From: an uncultured delta proteobacterium
Lineage (GTDB): Bacteria > Myxococcota_A > Polyangia > Polyangiales > Polyangiaceae
Reading direction: 5' to 3'
DNA: 64,000 nt
Assembly (NCBI GenBank): GCA_963806225.1
Contig: CAWDXG010000004.1
Span: 2,976,001-3,040,000, forward strand
A program made the translations under genes and the position numbers. Below the pieces are notes generated by a model that had not been told where the DNA came from, did not search any database, and saw only the letters and a program-made list of their open reading frames with translations. Below, piece by piece: positions 59,478-64,000 of this stretch (positions are counted from its first letter, which is position 1; every line of letters starts with the position of its first letter).

Positions 59478-60836
59478 GTGGCCGATGCTGCGATCGTGAA
59501 ACACGCGCTCCGCCCCGAGCCCGCGCTGTCGCTCGCCGCGCTCAGAGTCGTGGTGCCGGCGATGGTGCTGCTCGCGCCCGGGTTCCGGCAGGGTGTCCGG
59601 GTGGCGGCGTGGGCACCGGCGCGGTGGGTCGTGCCCGAGGGGCTCCACTGGTTTGTCGCCCACGTACCTATCTCGCCGCGCTGGGCGCTCACGGCGCAGG
59701 TGCTCACCGCGTTCTGTGCGCTGTGCGCAATGGTCGGCATCCGCGCGCGGCTGGCCCTGGGCGCGCTCACGCTTTCCACCTTCTACCTCTTCTCCATCGC
59801 ACAGCTGACCGGCTGGGTGTGGCACGACATGCACCTCTTGTGGTTCTGTGCGCTGCTCGCCGCCAGCCCGTGCGACGACGTGCTCGCGGTCGACGCGACC
59901 CGACCGCTGCTTTCTCAAGGCGTGCGCTACGCGCGGCCGCTGCTCTACGTGCGGCTTCTCCTGGGCGCCGTGTACTTCTTCCCGGGGCTGCACAAGCTGA
60001 TGCAGAGCGGGCTTTCCTGGGCGCTGTCGAACAACCTGAGAAACCAGCTGTGGTGGAAGTGGGCGGAGCACGGCAGCGTGCCGCATTTCCGCGTCGACCA
60101 TTTCCCCTGGCTCCTGCACGGCGGCGGCCTGTTCGTGCTGTTCTTCGAGCTGTCGTTCCCGCTGCTCGTCCTGTTTCGTCGGACCCGACCGGTGGCGGCG
60201 GCTGCGGGCATCGCCTTCCACGTGCTCGCGCGAGGGCTGTTCCTGATCCCGTTCGAGAGCCTCTGGGTGTGCTACGTCGCCCTGGTCGATCTGCGTCCGC
60301 TGGTCCGCCGCCTTCCGCGCATCGGCAAGCGGCTCGCCGAGCCGGCGGGCGCACCCCCTCCCGCGCGATCTGTCACGCTCTGGGCACCGGTCGCGGTCGG
60401 CTCCATCCTCCTCGTTCCGGCGGTAGTCCAGGGCGCTCGCGGACAGATGCAGTCGTATCCGTTCGCATGCTACCCGACCTTCCAGTGGCAGCCCGGCACG
60501 CGCATGCCGGATCTGGTGGTCACCGCCGTCGGGCCCCAGGGTCGCGAGGTCGAGCTCCCCCACGCCCGCGACGACCGCGGCTACCGCACCCAGCGGCAGT
60601 GGGCCGAGGTGTGGGCGCTGGCCGGAGTGACCGCGAAACCCGACGCGCGACGGCTCCAGGGGTACTACCGGTCGCTCGTGCAGCACGAGCCCGATCGCCA
60701 CCTCGCCCTGGGCGCAACGCGGGTGCGTTTCTACCGCGTTTACCGCTCGGTGGCGCCGGAAGACCGCGGGAAGCCGCCGCTCGAACGGCGGCTCCTGCTC
60801 GAGCTCCGGCAGCGCGAGCCAGCCACTACTCGCTGA
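59478..60836 (+). CDS. HTTM-domain (vitamin-K-dependent carboxylase/SdpB-like) membrane protein
   Basis: Multiple TM helices; YFFPGLHKL, FELSFPLL, FHV, YPFACYPTF and a soluble C-terminal domain. Confidence 0.65.
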   Translation: MADAAIVKHALRPEPALSLAALRVVVPAMVLLAPGFRQGVRVAAWAPARWVVPEGLHWFVAHVPISPRWALTAQVLTAFCALCAMVGIRARLALGALTLSTFYLFSIAQLTGWVWHDMHLLWFCALLAASPCDDVLAVDATRPLLSQGVRYARPLLYVRLLLGAVYFFPGLHKLMQSGLSWALSNNLRNQLWWKWAEHGSVPHFRVDHFPWLLHGGGLFVLFFELSFPLLVLFRRTRPVAAAAGIAFHVLARGLFLIPFESLWVCYVALVDLRPLVRRLPRIGKRLAEPAGAPPPARSVTLWAPVAVGSILLVPAVVQGARGQMQSYPFACYPTFQWQPGTRMPDLVVTAVGPQGREVELPHARDDRGYRTQRQWAEVWALAGVTAKPDARRLQGYYRSLVQHEPDRHLALGATRVRFYRVYRSVAPEDRGKPPLERRLLLELRQREPATTR

Positions 60837-61632
60837 TCGGAAGCCCGCGCTCCATCAGCGGCCGGCGGACGCGCTCCTGCATGGCTCGCTCGGCCAGCGC
60901 GATATAGGCGTCGCTCTGCATCCAGCCGAGCGCGTCGCCGACGCTCGCGTCGTAGTCCGAGCTGCGCGTCTTCTTGATGCCTTCCCACTGACGCTTGATG
61001 ACCCGCATGCTGCGGTCGGCGGCACGTCCGAGATAGACGCGATCGTCCGCGTCGAGGTCGGGTAGCGCCCAGTCGAGGAACGAGAAACCGAAGGTGCCGT
61101 GCGCGGCTTCGTCGCGCACGATGCGCCCGAGCACCGCACGCGGGAGCGGATGGCGCGCCGCCTTCCAGGTCGAACGAAGCAGCGGGATGGAGAGCGCCTC
61201 GCCCACACAGAAGAAGCGCACCACCATGTCCGCCGCGCGCAGTAGCGGTCTAAGCTCCGGCGACGGCTCCACGATGAGCTGGTCGGGGTCGTGCTGGATC
61301 TCGGTCCCTCCGCCCAGTTCCATGGCCATCCGCGCGCACAGCTCGACGTGGGCCAGCTCGTCCATCGGAAAGCGCGACGCCAACGCGACCAGGTCCAGCG
61401 GGGCGCGGCATTCCATCAGCGCGCGCAGCGCGGCAGTGCAGGCGATCCCCGTCCGGTGCTCCTGGAACGCGGCGCCCGTCCACTGCTTGCGGGCGACGAT
61501 CAGCGAGCGCTCGGGAACGCCGGTCGTGTCGAAGCTGCCCCACGGCATGGCTTCGACGTCGGGGCGCATCTTGCGGTAGCGCCGCTCGATGCCCTCGCCG
61601 AAGAGCTCCAGCTCGAAAAGCTCGGACCCCAT
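60826..61632 (-). CDS. Ferritin-like di-iron carboxylate protein
   Basis: Ligand pattern E (FQEH), DELAH, E (VGEA), DEAAH across four predicted helices; ATG 61632; 268 aa. Confidence 0.85.
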   Translation of the reverse strand: MGSELFELELFGEGIERRYRKMRPDVEAMPWGSFDTTGVPERSLIVARKQWTGAAFQEHRTGIACTAALRALMECRAPLDLVALASRFPMDELAHVELCARMAMELGGGTEIQHDPDQLIVEPSPELRPLLRAADMVVRFFCVGEALSIPLLRSTWKAARHPLPRAVLGRIVRDEAAHGTFGFSFLDWALPDLDADDRVYLGRAADRSMRVIKRQWEGIKKTRSSDYDASVGDALGWMQSDAYIALAERAMQERVRRPLMERGLPISE

Positions 61633-61643
61633 GGCGTTGCGCG

Positions 61644-61962
61644 CTACTGGTTTCCGCCGTCCAGCGGCGGCGGAACCAGGTTCGCCACGACGTCCAGCAC
61701 CGACCCGTGATCCTGCAGTGCGTCGGCACCGGCGTCGGGCGGTGCGACGAGGTTGGCCACCACGTCGAGCGCGCTGCCGTCCGGAGGCGCGACCAGATTC
61801 GCGACCACGTCGTGTCCGTTGACGTCGGCCTGGGCGTCCTTGTGCGGCGTCACCTTCTTGCCGGACGTTCTCGGTACTCCCACCGCACGCGACGTAGCTC
61901 ACCGCCGCCACGCCGATCGAAGCCACCAACAATTTCCGTCCGCGCCGCTGTCGAGTCGCCAT
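61644..61962 (-). CDS. Small lipoprotein with three DVVANLV(A/P)PP repeats (1-nt insertion near 61868); candidate RiPP-like precursor
   Basis: MATRQRRGRKLLVASIGVAAVSYVAC leader; removing one A gives ..GGSTETSGKK..DVVANLVAPP..DVVANLVAPP..DVVANLVPPP..NQ*, about 105 aa. Confidence 0.75.
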
Positions 61963-62060
61963 CCCGAAATCAGTGTCGGCGAAAACCTGGGCCACCGCAA
62001 GCCGACCCCGCGGACGGTCCGGATGTGGTAGCGTGGAGCCCTGCTTGTGGATGGGCTTCT

Positions 62061-62825
62061 ATGGGGGTCTTTGTGAAAAAGGGTTGGGCGTGGCTTGGCG
62101 TGGCGTTGCTGGCATTGCCGGCGTGCGGCAGCAGCGGTGATGGCGGCGGGGGCTCGAGCCCTGGCGGCGCGGCGGGCGCGGCAGGCTCGGATGCTGGGAC
62201 TGCCGGCAGCGGCGGCCAGGCGGGCGGCGCTGCCGGTATGGGCGGAACGAGCGGAGCGTCGGGCACCGGCGGCGTCGCAGGCACGGGCGGCGTGGGCGGA
62301 ACGGCGGGGATGGGCGGCACGGGCGGCGCAGCGGGCGCCGGAAACGCCTGCAACGACCCGGGGCCGGAGCCCAACAACTCGGAACCGCTCGCAAGCCCCG
62401 CGTGTGGTGCTTCAACCTGCGACGCGACCGATTGTGACGGCACCGGCTCGTCCAGCTACGGGGGCCCGCTGGCGTCGGCGACCGGCATGGTCGGCCCGGG
62501 CGACATCGACTACATGCACTACCACGGCAAGGACACGCTCTCGCTGTGCACGGTCGATCCGACCGTCAGCACGCAGGACTCGGGCTATCGGCTCTGCGCG
62601 TTCGTCGCCTGCGACCTGAGCGCGACGCACTTCCTCGGCTGCAACCAGGGGACGCACGCGAAAAGCCCGAACGGGCTGGACGGATGCTGCGTCGACGCGC
62701 CGGGAGCGGTCGAAATCAACCACGATTGCACGTCCAGCGTATCCGACGATGACTCGGCCACCATCTACATCAGGGTGGACGAGGCCGCGGCCTGCACGCC
62801 GTACACCGTCGACTATCACTTCTAG
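62061..62825 (+). CDS. Cys-rich lipoprotein with a Gly-rich linker
   Basis: Lipobox LPAC, EPNNS motif, DIDYM, about 12 Cys, ends DYHF. Confidence 0.75.
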   Translation: MGVFVKKGWAWLGVALLALPACGSSGDGGGGSSPGGAAGAAGSDAGTAGSGGQAGGAAGMGGTSGASGTGGVAGTGGVGGTAGMGGTGGAAGAGNACNDPGPEPNNSEPLASPACGASTCDATDCDGTGSSSYGGPLASATGMVGPGDIDYMHYHGKDTLSLCTVDPTVSTQDSGYRLCAFVACDLSATHFLGCNQGTHAKSPNGLDGCCVDAPGAVEINHDCTSSVSDDDSATIYIRVDEAAACTPYTVDYHF

Positions 62826-62849
62826 CGGCGGCGCGCGGCTCGGGCTGCT

Positions 62850-64000
62850 TCAGGGCATGCCCGTACCGCCGGTGGGGTTGGACGAGCAGTACTGCTCACC
62901 GGCCGGGTCAACCGTGGCTGCGGGCGCGCCGGATGGCGCCGTCGGGAACGACATCTGGTTGAAGTCGAACATGTCCAGCAGGGGCCAGGCGTTGGCATCC
63001 CGGTTGGTCATCGCCGGCAGGTCGAAGCGGTTCTCGATGAAGCGCGTGACGCTGGTGTGGTCGGTCACCAGGTGGCTCACGTACCCGGGGCGCACCCAGG
63101 CCGAGGCCACAACGAGCGGCGTACGTATCCCCAGACGATCGAAGTGGAAGTCCGGCGGCACGTAGTTGTCCGGCTCGCAGGCCTTGGGCGGCGGCACGTG
63201 GTCGTACAAGCCGCCGTGCTCGTCGTACATCAGGAAGAAAACAGTGTTGTCCCACACGGCCGGATTGGACATCAGCTTGTCCAGCACCCGCGCCGTGAAC
63301 TTCTGCCCGAGCTGGATGTTACTGGGCGGGTGCTCGTCGTTCTCGGTGCCGCCGGTGCCGAGCAGCGTCGGATCGACGAAGGCCACGTCGGGCAGGGTGT
63401 CGTTGTCCACGTCGCTGTCGAACGTCGACATCGAACTGCCGTAGTACTTGGTGTCGGTGGGCTTGAATATGGACGCAAACGAGATGTGGTCGCGGTAGAT
63501 CTTCCAGGTTCGCCCCGCCTGGTCGAGGAGGTCCATGATCTTGGGCGCTGTACGGTAGGCCTGGTTCACGAACACCGTACCGTCGCTCGTCTTGGTGTTT
63601 CCCCAGGACGTGGCTCCATAGAGGTAGAAACGATTCGGCCAGGTCGGACCGAGCAGCGAGCTGAAATTCCGGTCGCTGATCGCGAACGTCTTTGCGAGCC
63701 AGTAGTAGTAGGGGATGTCCGTGTCGTCGTAGTAGCCCATGGCGCGTGCGCCGCCGGGGTTGTTGGTCGCGACGAAGCCGTCCATCAGGCCGTTGTCGTA
63801 CTGCAGGTGCACCGCCGTCCACTCGTGATCGGTATCCAGGATGCAGTAGCGGCTCTCGTGGTACTGGAAGATCTTCGACGGCGGGTTCGTGTCGGGGTCG
63901 TAGTTGAAGTCCTGACCCGTAGCGACGTTGACGTTGGTCACGCCGTAGTCGGGCAGCTTGCTGAAGTACTGGTCGAAGCTGCGGTTTTCCATCATCAGCA
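62850..64000 (-). CDS. Phosphoesterase / phospholipase C family protein (5' end outside the window)
   Basis: MMENRSFDQYF, GPTWPNR, DEHPP, YDEHGGLYDHV, LGIRTP, DHTS. Confidence 0.92.
   Translation of the reverse strand, partial: LMMENRSFDQYFSKLPDYGVTNVNVATGQDFNYDPDTNPPSKIFQYHESRYCILDTDHEWTAVHLQYDNGLMDGFVATNNPGGARAMGYYDDTDIPYYYWLAKTFAISDRNFSSLLGPTWPNRFYLYGATSWGNTKTSDGTVFVNQAYRTAPKIMDLLDQAGRTWKIYRDHISFASIFKPTDTKYYGSSMSTFDSDVDNDTLPDVAFVDPTLLGTGGTENDEHPPSNIQLGQKFTARVLDKLMSNPAVWDNTVFFLMYDEHGGLYDHVPPPKACEPDNYVPPDFHFDRLGIRTPLVVASAWVRPGYVSHLVTDHTSVTRFIENRFDLPAMTNRDANAWPLLDMFDFNQMSFPTAPSGAPAATVDPAGEQYCSSNPTGGTGMP

Noticed and set aside
60826..61995. 389-aa lipoprotein-ferritin fusion in the ORF track
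   Set aside because: The linker in that frame is Arg-rich shadow sequence, while the alternative frame holds the conserved repeats and its own stop. A single-base insertion explains it better, though reads are needed to be sure.

Overview
High-GC window whose gene content looks like Myxococcota (Polyangiaceae/Sorangiineae-like): MYXO-CTERM protein, TIGR02266/PilZ proteins, eukaryotic-like Ser/Thr kinases and many lipoproteins with Gly/Ala linkers. Many conserved genes (sigma-70, actA, ctaC, ctaD, ctaE, dacB, pyrG) carry small indels, most simply read as long-read consensus errors. Content in order: a sigma-70 paralogue behind a sigma-54-type promoter; an alternative complex III (ACIII) plus A2-type caa3 oxidase operon; dacB; an ABC family-5 binding protein; an Asp-box lipoprotein; pyrG; a small-protein/nucleotidyltransferase TA-like pair; a DAG-kinase-family gene; a HEAT lipoprotein plus TPAT-type TRAP transporter; a double-domain kinase; a signal-peptide uORF ending in RPP upstream of two triple-DsbA genes; a VIT-vWA/ECF/small-protein operon with an ECF-like promoter; an FG-GAP MYXO-CTERM protein; tRNA-Arg(CCG); gloB; PilZ proteins; a second kinase; GH5; an extradiol dioxygenase; an acyl-CoA dehydrogenase; an adenylate cyclase; an HTTM protein; and a partial phosphoesterase. 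The top candidate for an undescribed system is at 60826-61962 (- strand). A ~105-aa lipoprotein, hidden by a 1-nt frameshift, carries three codon-diverged DVVANLV(A/P)PP cores and lies 11 nt upstream of a ferritin-like di-iron enzyme, the layout of a multi-core RiPP-like precursor and its modifying enzyme. All calls come from reading motifs; no database search was run.
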